Source of the DNA: an uncultured Planctomycetaceae bacterium
Lineage (GTDB): Bacteria > Planctomycetota > Planctomycetia > Planctomycetales > Planctomycetaceae
Direction: 5' to 3'
NCBI GenBank assembly: GCA_963813715.1
Contig: CAWFAK010000016.1
Coordinates: 192,001 to 256,000, forward strand
Length of the DNA: 64,000 bases
Shown here: positions 21,064-32,709 of the stretch, one piece after another
Layout: each line of letters opens with the position of its first letter
How positions within the stretch are numbered: position 1 is the stretch's first letter
Notes under the pieces: generated by a model
Seen by the model: only the letters and a program-made list of their open reading frames with translations
Told to the model about the DNA's origin: nothing
Databases searched by the model: none
Program-made: the position numbers and the translations under genes

Positions 21064-24000
21064 TCAGTGGGAACCGCGCCAGGTCACGGGGCAATTCGTT
21101 TCGAGATCAAAGTCCGGCCAGTTCTGCCGAATCCAGTCGGCTGCGTCGTGCACGGTGTGGAGCCGCCTCGACGTCGCGTTCGCATTTGGACTTTTTTTAG
21201 CCGCAGTATCCGGCGCCAAAAAGACTTGGGCGCCATTATGGAAGACCAACTCCTCAAATCGTTGCAGGAGGCATTCACACTGATCATCTACGCAAGCGGG
21301 ATGGGATAACAGTTGCGCCAACGGGCGGGGCGACACAACGGACCTCGCGACATCGATGCAATGCGGCAACTTATCATCCCAGCCGGACGGATACGAATGA
21401 AACGAAATATAGTTGAGCAAATCTTGCACTGCTGCTATCGAGAGACGGTCTCGCGACCGAGTATCCAAGTGCGGTGCAAGCAGCCCCAAGGCGTCCCAAG
21501 CCCGATTCGCACTGTCGCCAACCTCGATATCTCGGATCGAAAGCAAACGACTCCAGAAGTGTCTGACTTGCGAATCCTGGAGTCGCGGCGCCAGGCAAGT
21601 AACCCGCTAATCGCGAAGCGGTAGGTAGCGTCGCGGGCTGCTGCATTGTCCTCGATTGGCTTCTCCAGAATTCGGATGAGAGTGTCTCCGGCCTGTCTTG
21701 CTTCGGCCAGCGCCAATCGTGGTGCCAACGCGGCGAGCCCATCACCCACAGCAGGACTTCCCCAAGCCTCTACGAGTAGCGCGCGAGTCTGCATGACGGC
21801 AAGCAAAGCGTGCCACGCTTCGGACGCCTGCGTGGGAGTAAGCCGCGGAGCTAATGTGGTTATCCCGCCGGCTCCAATGTTCGGTGACCGCTCGATCATC
21901 GCGATAACTCGCTTGCAACCAATTGGATTGCACCTGCATCCAGTCGTGCCGATAGAGCTTTTAGTCCCTCGCAGATTTCGGGGTCCCTGGACGCGTCTGA
22001 GTTCTTCGCACGTGATATTAAGAGGGTGAACGCCCTCTCCACGTCTTCTTTCTCAACGCGTGACGCGACTCCGGCGAACTCCGCGGTTGCGCCTACGGAC
22101 GAACTCTTGAGCCGCGACATCACCTCCTGAATTACGCGTCGGAGCTCTTGCTGATCCAGTTTCGAGACCAACGCGGCCAAAGAGTTGGAGTCGACGTAGG
22201 TTATTGCACGCCCTTCTCTAAGCTCGGCAGTGCACGCGATGAATGCACGTTTTGCCTGTTGTGGATTAAGCCGGGGAGCAAGCCACTTTATGGCGCGATC
22301 GTTGCGCGCCCATGTACGGCGACTCTGGGAGAACCCGGATGAGCGCGTCCAAAACGAGGTCCACCTGCGCGGGTTGCAGATGCAAGGAGAGGGTCGACAG
22401 GGCTTTGCCTGAAAACAGAAATACGTATTGCCCCGACTCGTTGGTCTCTCGATTGCGTCGTTCTCCCAGAATAGGAATTAAGGCGTCCCAGCCGCGCTTG
22501 ATCTGTCGAGAATCGACCCGAGGTATTAGTGCCGCAAGTATTGATACCGCCCCAACAACGCAACCTGTCGCATGCGTTTTCCGAAGCACTGCAATCGAGG
22601 CATCGCCGGCACGTGCCGCTTGTTCTGGGCTGAGTCGTTCCGAGTACAGCTGCACCGCTTCTCCGAGACTGTGCCATGTCCCATCATCTGTTGACCGTTC
22701 GAGGATCAGCAGCAATGGTTCGACGCTTAACTGCACAATCTGTCGCGAATCTTTGCGAGTCGCGGCAAATGAAGTAAATTCGCCAAATCGATCACCGAGT
22801 TTATTGATCGGATTACTAAGGTACGCGCAGCTCTCTTCCCAAGCGGGTAAATCGGCCGAGCCTAGTGCCATGGCAAGCCAACACGCGGCTATGCGGATTC
22901 TCGGGTCGGCGGCCCTATCGCGCTGCTTGGATGAAAGGATTTTGCTCGCTTCTGCATACCCGGTCGGGCTTAGTCCAACGCACGACTGAATCACTCGTTC
23001 CGCACGACGTGCGACCCTGAAAGCAGTTTCTGGATTGTCCAACGCAATTTCGAGCACGCGCATTTTCAACGGAGATTCTGGGATGGCCGACCAATCGACG
23101 AAGCTGCGCAACTCGCCCGGGCTTTCGCCGCTCCCGGAGAACCCGATTGGACGCAACAGGCCGTACGCCAGTTGACGCTCGGCTTGATCTCGCTGCGCCG
23201 CCTCGTCCTTCAAAGCTTTGTCTTTTGCGTCACGATCTTTGGTAGCTTGCTCGAGCGCCTCGACAGCTCGCTCCTTCGATACGTCTGCAGCCTGCTCGGC
23301 TCGCCTCGCCCGGAACAGACCCCACGTTGTTCCGCCGATCCCGACGAGAAGCACGGCTCCGATCGCGGCCAGCGCGATCACTGGCCCTCGGTGTTTCCGC
23401 GCGAACTTCCGTATCCGATACGCCGCCGAAGGCGGCGAGGCCTCTACCGGCTCGTCATTGAGATATCGCAGCACATCCGCCGCGAAGGCGTTGGCCGTTT
23501 CGTAGCGGCGGTTGCGGTCTTTTTCGAGGGCCTTCATGGCGATCCAGTCGAGGTCGCCGTGGAACATTTTTGAGAGCTTGGCTGGCTCGGTTTTGCGTTG
23601 GGCGGCGATCGAGGGGAGCGCGTCGCCCGACTGGCTCAGGCGGAGGCTTGGTTTCGGCGGCTCTTCTTCGCGGATGATTTTGAGCAGCTCGTCGTAGGCG
23701 GCCTTGGCCAGGCGCTCTTTGTTGAAGGGGGTCGAGCCGGTGAGGAGTTCGTACAAGAGCACGCCGAGCGAATAGATGTCGCTGCGGGTGTCGATGTCGA
23801 GGCCGCTCATTTGGGCCTGCTCGGGGCTCATGTAGAGCGGCGTGCCGATCATTTGGGCGTAGCGGGTGTAGATCGTGCGTTCGGTGAGCGGCTGGTAGAG
23901 GGCCTTCGCGACGCCGAAGTCGATCACCTTCACCACCGGGCGGTCGTCGTGCAGCGTGATCAGCACATTCGACGGCTTGACGTCGCGGTGGATGATGCCT

Positions 24001-24602
24001 TTGAGATGGGCGTGCTGAATGGCGTTGCAGACCGGCACGAAGAGTTCCAGGCGCTCGCGGGGCGTGAGCTGGGCCTGGTCGCAGTACTCGGTGATCGGGA
24101 TGCCGCGGACGAGTTCCATCACGAAGTAAGGACGGCCGCTATCGGTCGTGCCGGCGTCGAGCACGCGGGCGATGTTCGGGTGGTCCATCAGGGCCAGGGC
24201 CTGCCGCTCGGCCTCGAAGCGGGCGATCACGTCGCGGGTGTCCATCCCCGGCTTGATGATCTTGAGGGCCACCTTGCGGCGGATCGGCTGTTGCTGCTCG
24301 GCGACGAAGACGAGACCGAATCCTCCCTCGCCGATCTGCTCCATCAGCTTGTAGGGGCCGATGGTCGAGCCGACCTGCTCGCGAATCGGCTCGCCAAGCC
24401 GCGTGGTGGCGATGGCCGCGGCCATTTTGTCGAGGGGCCCGCCCGATTCGCCGTAGGCGCAAAGCAGATCTTCGACGCGTTTTTGCAGAGGGTCGTCACC
24501 CTGGCAGGACCGCACGACGAACGCCGCCCGCTCGTCCGGATTCTGAATGTCGAGCGCGGCAAGAAAGATGCCTTTGGCGTCTTTCGGTGTGTCCGACATC
24601 AC
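21064..24602 (-). CDS. Ser/Thr protein kinase with TM segment and HEAT/ARM-like repeat C-terminus (about 3 indels; possible pseudogene)
   Basis: GEGGFG, VALKIIK, HRDVKPSN, DFG, GTPLYMSPEQ. LAPRL-type helical repeats continue through ORFs 21896..22180, 21435..21899 and 21064..21546. Confidence 0.8.
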
Positions 24603-24827
24603 TGGCCCCGCTGTCGAAGCGTCTTCAATTCAGCCTGCTCGAGCTGCACCGCAGCACGATCTGAGGAGGACAAAAAGGGCTTCCTATCATGACATGCGAC
24701 GAACGGGGCCGAAACGTCTCAGGAAATTTTGAAGATTTCGACTGGGGACGAATCCGCCACGCCATTCGGCGATCGGGAGCAAAAATTCACGTTTTGCTGA
24801 GATGGGCGCGCCGGCCGGGTTTTGGGA

Positions 24828-24870
24828 TAACACGGCGCTGAGTTAACACAGCGCTGAGTTAACACGGCGC
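24828..24870. repeat. 16-bp tandem repeat TAACAC(G/A)GCGCTGAGT x2.7
   Basis: Directly visible; each junction forms GTTAAC; about 30 bp upstream of the PAP2 gene. Confidence 0.8.
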
Positions 24871-24902
24871 GAGGGCACGAAGGAGTTTGCGGAGCAACGG
24901 AC

Positions 24903-25617
24903 GTGTGGGGCCGGATCAACAAATATCTGCGCGGCTCGTCGGGCGACGAGCGCTCCCAGTTGGTCCGTTTGCTGATCATTTTTTTGGGGACCTGGGCGTT
25001 CCTGGCCTTGGCCCACGAGATGCGCGCCGGCGCCACGCAAAGCTTGGATGAACGCGTGATGCGGGCCGTCCGCCGGTCCGACGATCCGGGCCTCCTCATT
25101 GGTCCGGCGTGGGTGCAGGACACGGCCCGCGACATCACGGCGCTCGGCGGCTACTCGGTCCTGATTCTGCTCGTTGCGATAACGGCCGGCTTTCTGCAAT
25201 TGCACGGTAAGCGGGGCGAAACGCGGTTTCTCGTGGGCGCGGCGGTCAGCGGCTACTTCGTCGGCATGCTGCTCAAGGCTTATTTCGTCCGCCCGCGGCC
25301 CGACGTGGTCCCGCAGCTCGAAATCGCCTACCAGACGAGCTTTCCCAGCGGCCATTCGATGATGTCAGCCATCATCTATCTCACCTTGGGCACGCTTTTA
25401 ACGCAGTTCGCCGGCAACTTGCCGCGGCTTCGGATTTATTTCTTGCTGTGCGCGCTGTTCCTGACCGGCATCGTCGGCGTCAGCCGCGTCTACCTGGGTG
25501 TGCACTATCCCACGCGACGTACTGGCCGGCTGGACGGCCGGACTGGTGTGGGCCAACCTCTGCGCGCTGGTCGCGGCGCGGCTGCAACGACGGGGCATGA
25601 TCGAGGAAGAAATCTGA
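24903..25617 (+). CDS. PAP2-family membrane phosphatase (one indel near 25515)
   Basis: K..RPRP, SFPSGHS and SRVYLGVHYP motifs; the shifted frame continues DVLAGW... to TGA 25615-25617. Confidence 0.85.
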
Positions 25618-25620
25618 GCG

Positions 25621-25691
25621 AGTCCAAGGTCGCCGACGCTGAGGTCTCTTCCGACCTTGGACTTTGGACTTTGGACATTGGACCTTGGACT
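25621..25691. repeat. GAC(C/T/A)TTG heptamer array with inverted AGTCCAAGGTCG arm
   Basis: Five-plus 7-mers at 25653-25691; the same motif occurs at 19949-20022; lies between convergent genes. Confidence 0.75.
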
Positions 25692-25698
25692 CTCTTCA

Positions 25699-26358
25699 TC
25701 AGAGCTCCGTCCGGTGTCGGATGATTTCGCCTTCGATCAGGTAGACCACGTCTTCCGCGATGTTGGTGGCGTGGTCGGCGACGCGTTCGACGTGGCGCGA
25801 GGCTGAGAAGAGGTGTAGCAGCGGCTCGATGTAGGCGGGGGTTTCTTTCATCCGCCGCAGGATTTCCTCGATGATCTCGCGATTGAGGCGATCGACGGTT
25901 TCATCGCGGCTGCAGACGCGGCGGGCCAGGCCGCTATCCATTTCAACGTAGGCATCGATACTGTTGCGGAGCATTTCGCCGGCGATTCCGGCCATTTCCT
26001 TGAGGTTGGCCGGCGCGTAAACCTCGGGCCACGTCACTAGCCCGCAGGCCCGCTCGGCAATGTGGACGGCCAGGTCGGCCACCCGCTCCAGCTCATTGGC
26101 GATCTTGAGCACGCTGCTGATGCGGCGGAGGTCGGTCGCTACCGGCTGGTGCATCGCGAGGATCTTGAGGCATTCTTCCTCGATCCGCACGTCCCACTCG
26201 TCGATCTCGTCGTCCTTGACCGACATCGCGCGGGCCCGATCGTAGTTGGGCTCGGCCAATTCGTCGACCGCTTGATGGACCATCTCCTCGACCATGGCGC
26301 ACATCGACAAAATGTCGTGGTGCAGGTCGTCCAGTTCGCGCGCCAGGTGTTTGGTCAT
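25699..26358 (-). CDS. phoU: phosphate signalling complex protein PhoU
   Basis: HQPVATDLR, ELERVADLA, ERVADHATNIAE; last gene of the pst operon. Confidence 0.95.
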   Translation of the reverse strand: MTKHLARELDDLHHDILSMCAMVEEMVHQAVDELAEPNYDRARAMSVKDDEIDEWDVRIEEECLKILAMHQPVATDLRRISSVLKIANELERVADLAVHIAERACGLVTWPEVYAPANLKEMAGIAGEMLRNSIDAYVEMDSGLARRVCSRDETVDRLNREIIEEILRRMKETPAYIEPLLHLFSASRHVERVADHATNIAEDVVYLIEGEIIRHRTEL

Positions 26359-26374
26359 GGACTTTCTGAAATTC

Positions 26375-27208
26375 CTAGCCGAAGCGGCCGGTGACGTAGT
26401 CTTCGGTTTGTTTCTGGCCGGGGCGGGTGAACATTTTGGGCGTGGCGTCGATTTCGATCAGGTGGCCGTGATTGAAGAAGGCCGTGCGATCGCTGACGCG
26501 GGCCGCCTGTTGCATGTTGTGCGTGACGATCACGATCGTGTAATTCTGCTTCAGCTCGAAGATCAAGTCTTCGACGCGGGCGGTCGAGGCCGGGTCGAGC
26601 GCCGAGGCCGGCTCGTCCATCAGCAGCACGTCGGGGTCGGTGGCTAGCGCCCGGGCGATGCAGAGTCGCTGCTGTTGACCGCCCGAGAGTTCCAGCGCGG
26701 AATCGGCGAGCCGATCTTTGACTTCGTCCCACAACCCGGCCCGGCGGAGACAGGCTTCGACGAGTTCGGTGAGCGATTTGGAGCTGCGTCGACCGGCCAC
26801 GCGCGGTCCATAGGCCACGTTCTCGAAGACCGACTTGGGAAAGGGAGTCGATTTCTGGAAGACCATGCCCACCCGTTTGCGGAGGGCGACGACGTCGATG
26901 GTCGGATCGTAAATGTCGGTGCCTTCGAGCATCACCTGGCCGGTCAGCCGGGTCCCCTCGATGATGTCGTTCATGCGGTTGAGAGTCCGCAGAAACGTGC
27001 TCTTGCCGCAGCCGGAGGGGCCGATGAGCGCGGTCACCGAACGCTCGGGGATCGACAGGGTGACGTCGAAGAGGGCCTGTGCGTCGCCGTAGTAGAAGGA
27101 GAGATTTCGCGCTTCGAGCTTCGTCTTCAGCCCGATCTTGGGATCGGGGGGCAGTCCGGCTTGGGCCGCCGCCCGGTCGTTGATGATTGTCGAAAGCCCG
27201 TTGAGCAT
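26375..27208 (-). CDS. pstB: phosphate ABC transporter ATPase
   Basis: [38 protein letters not shown]; start ATG 27208. Confidence 0.95.
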   Translation of the reverse strand: MLNGLSTIINDRAAAQAGLPPDPKIGLKTKLEARNLSFYYGDAQALFDVTLSIPERSVTALIGPSGCGKSTFLRTLNRMNDIIEGTRLTGQVMLEGTDIYDPTIDVVALRKRVGMVFQKSTPFPKSVFENVAYGPRVAGRRSSKSLTELVEACLRRAGLWDEVKDRLADSALELSGGQQQRLCIARALATDPDVLLMDEPASALDPASTARVEDLIFELKQNYTIVIVTHNMQQAARVSDRTAFFNHGHLIEIDATPKMFTRPGQKQTEDYVTGRFG

Positions 27209-27225
27209 GGGTTGGTCGCCTTGTG

Positions 27226-28245
27226 CTACCAGCGAGTTTTTCGCTGCATCCGCGCGCGGATCACGCTGGCCGCGATATTGAAGACCTGCAGCAGGCCGAG
27301 CAAGACCAGAATGGCGGCCGCCGCCACATGACGGTATTCCTGCTCCGGCCGCGAAATCCAGTTGAAGATCAAAACGGGCAGCGCCGTGAACGAATCGAAG
27401 GGCGCCTCGGCCAGTCCGCCCGGGTGTTTCACCACGTCGACCGGGGACTCGATGCCCCCCGGCGTGTTGGCCAGGTAAACGGCGGCCCCCACCACCAAAA
27501 GGGGCGCCGTTTCGCCGATCGCGCGGGAGACCGAAAGGATCACGCCCGTGATAATTCCGGGCGTCGCGGCGGGCAACAGCTGGTGGCGAATGGTCTGCCA
27601 GTGCGTCGCGCCGAGCGCGTAGGAGGCCTGCCGCAGCGATGAAGGGACGGCTCGCAGCGCCTCGCGGGTGACCACAATCACCATCGGCAAAATCAACAGG
27701 CCCAGCGTCAGTCCGCCGGACAAAACCGTGCGGCCAAACGGCAGTGGGATATCGATGTGCACACTGGCCAAGCCGATCTCGAGCACCTTGGGTCGGCCCT
27801 GGAAGGCCCCGAACATTTTCACGAAGACGGCCATTCCCAAAATGCCGTAGACGATCGAGGGGACGCCCGCCAGGTTCGACAGGTTGATTTCGATCAGCGT
27901 GCGGAGCCAGCCTTTCTTTTCGTACTCTTCCAGAAAGATGCCCGCACCGACGCCGACCGGCACCGCAAACAGCGTGGCCAGCGTGACGAGCCAAGCGCTC
28001 CCCAACAGGCCGGCGAGAACGCCCGCCTCCGCTGGGTGACGCGAGTCGTAGTGAGTGAGAAACGACCACGACAGCCAGCCCGCTCCCTGCCACAGCACGC
28101 CGCCCAACAAGACGATCAACACGCCCAGCCCAAACCAGGCGGAGACCGCGCACGCTCCGGCAAACCCCCGGTTGACGAGGTCCGCCCGCGCGGACGCATC
28201 GGTCCGCGGGCGGCTCACTCCCAGTCCCGGTGCGGCGGCGCTCAT
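27226..28245 (-). CDS. pstA: phosphate ABC transporter permease PstA
   Basis: [24 protein letters not shown]. Confidence 0.93.
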   Translation of the reverse strand: MSAAAPGLGVSRPRTDASARADLVNRGFAGACAVSAWFGLGVLIVLLGGVLWQGAGWLSWSFLTHYDSRHPAEAGVLAGLLGSAWLVTLATLFAVPVGVGAGIFLEEYEKKGWLRTLIEINLSNLAGVPSIVYGILGMAVFVKMFGAFQGRPKVLEIGLASVHIDIPLPFGRTVLSGGLTLGLLILPMVIVVTREALRAVPSSLRQASYALGATHWQTIRHQLLPAATPGIITGVILSVSRAIGETAPLLVVGAAVYLANTPGGIESPVDVVKHPGGLAEAPFDSFTALPVLIFNWISRPEQEYRHVAAAAILVLLGLLQVFNIAASVIRARMQRKTRW

Positions 28246-29264
28246 TGATACGTCTCTCGGTAGCGGCGCATCACCAGGTGCGACAGCAAGTTCATCGCCA
28301 GCGTCACCGCGAACAACGTCATCGCGACGGCGAACAGGGCCTTGAAGTCGAGGCTCTGATGCGGCTTGTCACTGAAGCTGACATTCACGATGTAGGCGGT
28401 CATCGTTTCGACGCTGCGGAGCGGATTGAGCGTGAGGGCTGGCGTCTGTCCGGCCGCGATCGCCACGGCCATCGTTTCGCCAACGGCCCGCGAAATTGCC
28501 AACAGGAAAGAGGCCAGGATGCCCGAGAGCGCGGCCGGCACGACCACCCGCGTCGAGACGTGATACTTGGTGGAACCGAGGGCGTAGGCGGCCTCGCGGA
28601 GAGCTTGCGGCACCGACCGCAGTGCGTCTTCGCTCAGCGAGGCGACAATCGGAATGATCATGATCCCCACGACGATCCCGGCGCTGGCCGCGTTAAAGAT
28701 CTGCACGTCCCAGCCAAAGAGTCCGGTCAGCACGGGCCGCAAGAGGTAGGGCGTGATAAAAACCAGGGCGAAGTAGCCAAAGACCACGGTCGGAATCCCT
28801 GCCAGGATCTCGAGAATCGGCTTCACTTTGTTCCGCGTGCGGGGCGATGCGTATTCGCTCAGGTAGATCGAACCGGCCAGACCAATCGGCAGTCCGATCA
28901 GCGCGGCGATCCCCGCGACCAGAAACGTGCCGCACAACAGGGGCAAGATGCCGAAATGCCGGTCGGAAAACTGCGGCGTCCAGCGAGTCTCCGTGAAGAA
29001 CTGCCACGGCGACACGAGTTGAAAGAAGGCCTCGTGCGGCGGAACGGCAATCAGCGTTTCGGTCACCAGGACGTAAATGATGCCGACTGTCGTGAGGATC
29101 GAGGCCATCGCGCACGCCAACAGGATCAGGCGAATGGCCTGTTCGCGGGCGCGAACCAGCGACGAGCGCCGAATCAGTCCGTGTGGATTCGCCGGCGCGA
29201 GTTTGGCGGCCAGTCGCTCGGCCATCGGTGATTCGGCCCCGCGGTCCGTTAGAGGGCTTGGCAA
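28242..29264 (-). CDS. pstC: phosphate ABC transporter permease PstC
   Basis: [22 protein letters not shown]. Confidence 0.93.
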   Translation of the reverse strand: MPSPLTDRGAESPMAERLAAKLAPANPHGLIRRSSLVRAREQAIRLILLACAMASILTTVGIIYVLVTETLIAVPPHEAFFQLVSPWQFFTETRWTPQFSDRHFGILPLLCGTFLVAGIAALIGLPIGLAGSIYLSEYASPRTRNKVKPILEILAGIPTVVFGYFALVFITPYLLRPVLTGLFGWDVQIFNAASAGIVVGIMIIPIVASLSEDALRSVPQALREAAYALGSTKYHVSTRVVVPAALSGILASFLLAISRAVGETMAVAIAAGQTPALTLNPLRSVETMTAYIVNVSFSDKPHQSLDFKALFAVAMTLFAVTLAMNLLSHLVMRRYRETYQ

Positions 29265-29277
29265 AAGTTGGGCAATC

Positions 29278-30328
29278 CTAGAACGCGCCGGCCGCGGTGC
29301 GCGTCAGCTGGGCGCGGGCTTTGGCATACTCGGCCGGTGGAAGCGGCAGGGAGTGCACCTCCGCGGCCAATCCCGGACCGCGGTCGAGATAGAAGTTTAA
29401 ATACTCCACGACCTCCCGGCGACACAAAGCCCGCCGGTTGACGTAGAGAAACAGCGGACGCGACAGCGGCGCATATTCTCCGCTGGCGATCGTGGCTTCG
29501 TTCGGCACGATCGCGGCGGATGGGTTTGAGCCAGCCGCAATCGGGACGGCCCGCACGGCCCCGCGGTTGAGCACGGAGTAAGCGTAGCCGAAATAGCCCA
29601 AGGCGCCGGTGTCTCCTTCCACGCCTTGCACCAGGAAATTGTCGTCGGAGCTTTGCTGGAAATCGGTCCGACAGTCTCCCCGTTTGCCGCAAATCACTTC
29701 GGTGAAGTACTCGAACGTGCCCGAGTCGGTGTCCGGGCCATAGAGCAGGATTTTGGTCGCCGGCCACGCCGGATCGATCTCGTTCCAAAAGCTGACGCGG
29801 CTGCCCGACTCCCAAATTCGCTTGAGCTGGGCGACGGTGAGTGCGCGGCACCAGGTGTTTTGTGGATTCACAACCACAGTCAGGCCGTCGAGTGCGACTT
29901 TCAGCTCGAGGTAATCCACGCCGTTCTGTTTGCAGGCAGTGATTTCTTCGGGCTCGATCGGCCGCGAGGCGTCGCAGATGTCGAGCTCGTCCACGTCGAA
30001 TCGCTTGAAGCCCCCGCCGGTACCGGCTCGGCCCAACGTCACCCGCACCTGACGATGCAGCTTGAGGAACTCCTCGGTCACCGCTTGCGTAATCACATAA
30101 ACGGTGCTCGATCCGTCGATGGTGATCGGGCCGCGTAGCGTTTGACCAGTCGCCGCCCGCTTTTCCGCGTCGGCTCGCGATCGACTGTCAGCCTCGGACC
30201 GATCCGCCTGCGAGACTGCTCCGGACGTCGGATCCGCATCTCGGATTCTGACATCCGCTGACGAACCCCGCGAAGGCGGCGAGGACGGCGAGTTGCAATC
30301 GGAAATTGACGACGGGCGAAGGCGACAT
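29278..30328 (-). CDS. pstS: phosphate-binding lipoprotein PstS (one indel near 30240)
   Basis: ATG 30328 gives the signal peptide ...[14 protein letters not shown]; the shifted frame continues [20 protein letters not shown] and YAPLSRPLF. Confidence 0.88.
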
Positions 30329-30599
30329 GCGAGCCTCGATCATCGTCCGCCGTGGTTAAGAAAGAATGAAGAGACCGCCCGCCGACTGTCCGCTCGCACA
30401 CGAAAATTTAACTTTTGTCATCCGTTTTTGAGGGTTTTTACTTTGACTTACAAGTGTTCATGCGGTCTGATCGCAGGCTTGAGGGCGGAAGGTTCGGTTG
30501 AAGAGGAGGAGTCCTAAGCGGTTTCTGTGGAAGTTTTTGCGCTGGTTTTTTGCCAGCCGGGGTCGGTGTGGTCTTCTTACCAAGTAGGGGGGACGCAGT

Positions 30600-31898
30600 A
30601 TGCTGCGACACAAAAAGTCGGGGTTTACACTGATCGAGCTTCTTGTCGTCATCGCCATCATTGCCGTCTTAATTGCGCTTTTATTGCCAGCCGTGCAGTC
30701 GGCCCGGGAGGCGGCACGTCGCACCCAGTGCCGAAACAACCTCAAGCAAATCGCGCTGGCGGAACACAATTATCACGATATCAGTCAGAGGTTCACCCCC
30801 GCTCTCGACTTTCGCTGGGGTGACTACACGCCGAACGGACCCTGCTTCTGCACGGGCGTCATCTGCATCGGCTGTCTCAACGAGCACTTCGCCGGAGAGC
30901 GTTTGCTGCCGTTCCTGGAGGCCACCACTGTTTACAGCAGGATCTGCTTTAACAGCCCGATGTTTCCTCCCTGCTGCGAGCACCCAAGCAAAATCTATTG
31001 CTGCTTCAGCTGCCTCTGGAACTGTTCGGCGAACGGCCGAAACACGAAGGTCGGCCCTTATCCGGGCAAGAACATCAGCAATCCGTGCCTCGATCCGTGC
31101 AGCTCCACGCGTCCCGGCGCGGCAGTGATCCCGGCGTTTGTTTGCCCGTCGGCCCCGCGCGTCAACAACCCCTTCGTCGAGACGATCTCGCTTTCCTGCA
31201 AGTGCTACTATGGCGGCTGCGCGATCAGCGGCCAAAAGTGCGCCTTCCCTCCGGTATTGGCCGGTGCCAGCGACTACGAGCCCAACGGCGGCTACGCGTC
31301 GACTACCGTTAACTGCCTTAACTGCAAATGCCTCACGAACAAACAGTACCTGCCGCTCGGCGGCGCGTACTTGTTCCAGAACTGCAGCCAGCCGGAAATC
31401 AACCGGCTGGGTCCCATTAGCGTGTGGGAGGCAGGTGTGCCGATCGACAACATCGTAGACGGGACGTCCACCACTGTGCTGTTTGCCGAAGTGGCCGGCC
31501 GGCCGGACTTCTGGGTCCGCGGAGTTAAAATGACTCGCGCTCAAATCGCCGCCCCCGTTCCCGCCGGCCTTGGGGACGCCGCGACCGGTCCGGGCAACGT
31601 TCCCCCGTCCAACTGGGGCGGTTGCTGGGCCTGCACGGATAACGTCTTCATTACCAACCAGGGGACGAACCTCCAAGGGCTGCCGTATACGTACGTCTAC
31701 AACTCCGGCACGCCCGTCTGCTTCCTCAACTGCATCAATGTCGGTGGGCTTAACTGGTACGCGTTCCACCCCGGCGCAGTCGGCATTGCGCTGTGCGATG
31801 GTTCGGCCCGCATGATCAGCGAAAACACGGGCTTGACCGTGCTCTGCCGCATCATGAGCTATCGCGGCCACAAGCCGGTGACCGACAGCAGCTTCTAG
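30600..31898 (+). CDS. DUF1559 prepilin-type (N-methylation + H-X9-DG) protein, Cys-rich
   Basis: [49 protein letters not shown]. Confidence 0.93.
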   Translation: MLRHKKSGFTLIELLVVIAIIAVLIALLLPAVQSAREAARRTQCRNNLKQIALAEHNYHDISQRFTPALDFRWGDYTPNGPCFCTGVICIGCLNEHFAGERLLPFLEATTVYSRICFNSPMFPPCCEHPSKIYCCFSCLWNCSANGRNTKVGPYPGKNISNPCLDPCSSTRPGAAVIPAFVCPSAPRVNNPFVETISLSCKCYYGGCAISGQKCAFPPVLAGASDYEPNGGYASTTVNCLNCKCLTNKQYLPLGGAYLFQNCSQPEINRLGPISVWEAGVPIDNIVDGTSTTVLFAEVAGRPDFWVRGVKMTRAQIAAPVPAGLGDAATGPGNVPPSNWGGCWACTDNVFITNQGTNLQGLPYTYVYNSGTPVCFLNCINVGGLNWYAFHPGAVGIALCDGSARMISENTGLTVLCRIMSYRGHKPVTDSSF

Positions 31899-31952
31899 TC
31901 CTCGTCGAGGGCCCATTCGGGCGATTCGTTGATTCGTTTCACCGGTTTCTCT

Positions 31953-31987
31953 CCCAGGCTGGGATGGATCTTCCATCCCGGCCTGGG
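31953..31987 (+). terminator. strong intergenic stem-loop between the DUF1559 gene and its partner
   Basis: CCCAGGCTGGGATGGA-TCT-TCCATCCCGGCCTGGG, followed by GCCGTTTT. Confidence 0.55.
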
Positions 31988-32027
31988 GCCGTTTTGACTT
32001 GCGCCTCGTTCTTGCGGAGACTCGACC

Positions 32028-32633
32028 ATGTTTTCTCTCCCGCGGTTTGCGGGTCATTCATTCCAAATTGTGCTGGCTTGTTTCGTCGTCGCGAGCACAT
32101 TGGCCGGGTGCAGCCGGCAAAAGAGTGACACGGAGGCCGTCGACCAGTTTTTCCTGGACAACCCCAAGGCCAAACGCCAGACCATCGGCAAGTTCGCCGG
32201 CCATGTGACAATCGACGGGATGCCGCCCGACAAGGCGGCCGGCCAGTTGTTCGTGTTGCTCAACGATGCGGAGCATCCCGTGCGGCTGCCGCCCCGATTC
32301 GTCGCCTGCAACGAAGACGGCACTTTTGCCTTCACGACTTACCTGGCAGGCGACGGTGTCCCCGTCGGCAAGTACGTGATTGAGTTCGCGCAATTGAAAC
32401 TCCCCCGTGGGGGACGCGGCCGCGCCGCGAGTGGCATTGCGCGAATGTACGGACAGCCCGACGGACTCAAGAATCTCTACAGCGATCCGGAAAAGAATCT
32501 GAGCGACCCCAACCTGATCGTGACTGTCGAATCCCCCGGCCGCACCGATTACGAATTCAATCTGCAGGTGGCCGGCAAAGACGCAGTCGCGGCCCCGGGG
32601 AAACTCGCAGCAGTAAGCATCCCCACGCTTTAA
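32028..32633 (+). CDS. lipoprotein with carboxypeptidase-regulatory-like beta fold (DUF1559 partner)
   Basis: LAGC lipobox, G.VTIDG.P, DG.F..TTY..GDGVPVGKY, YSDP; typical neighbour of DUF1559 genes. Confidence 0.8.
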   Translation: MFSLPRFAGHSFQIVLACFVVASTLAGCSRQKSDTEAVDQFFLDNPKAKRQTIGKFAGHVTIDGMPPDKAAGQLFVLLNDAEHPVRLPPRFVACNEDGTFAFTTYLAGDGVPVGKYVIEFAQLKLPRGGRGRAASGIARMYGQPDGLKNLYSDPEKNLSDPNLIVTVESPGRTDYEFNLQVAGKDAVAAPGKLAAVSIPTL

Positions 32634-32709
32634 TCCGGCTGGGGTGACGAACGGGTGGCGGTTCTCAGCAAAACCGCGGCGGGCGCTCGTCAGCAGGCGC
32701 GAGGCGACC

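Noticed and set aside
26375..28153. 592-aa pstB ORF as a fusion protein
   Set aside because: The upstream part is an off-frame reading of pstA; PstB starts at 27208.
30330..30600. PHO box upstream of pstS
   Set aside because: There is an AT-rich stretch with one TGTCAT, but no convincing 11-bp-period direct repeats.
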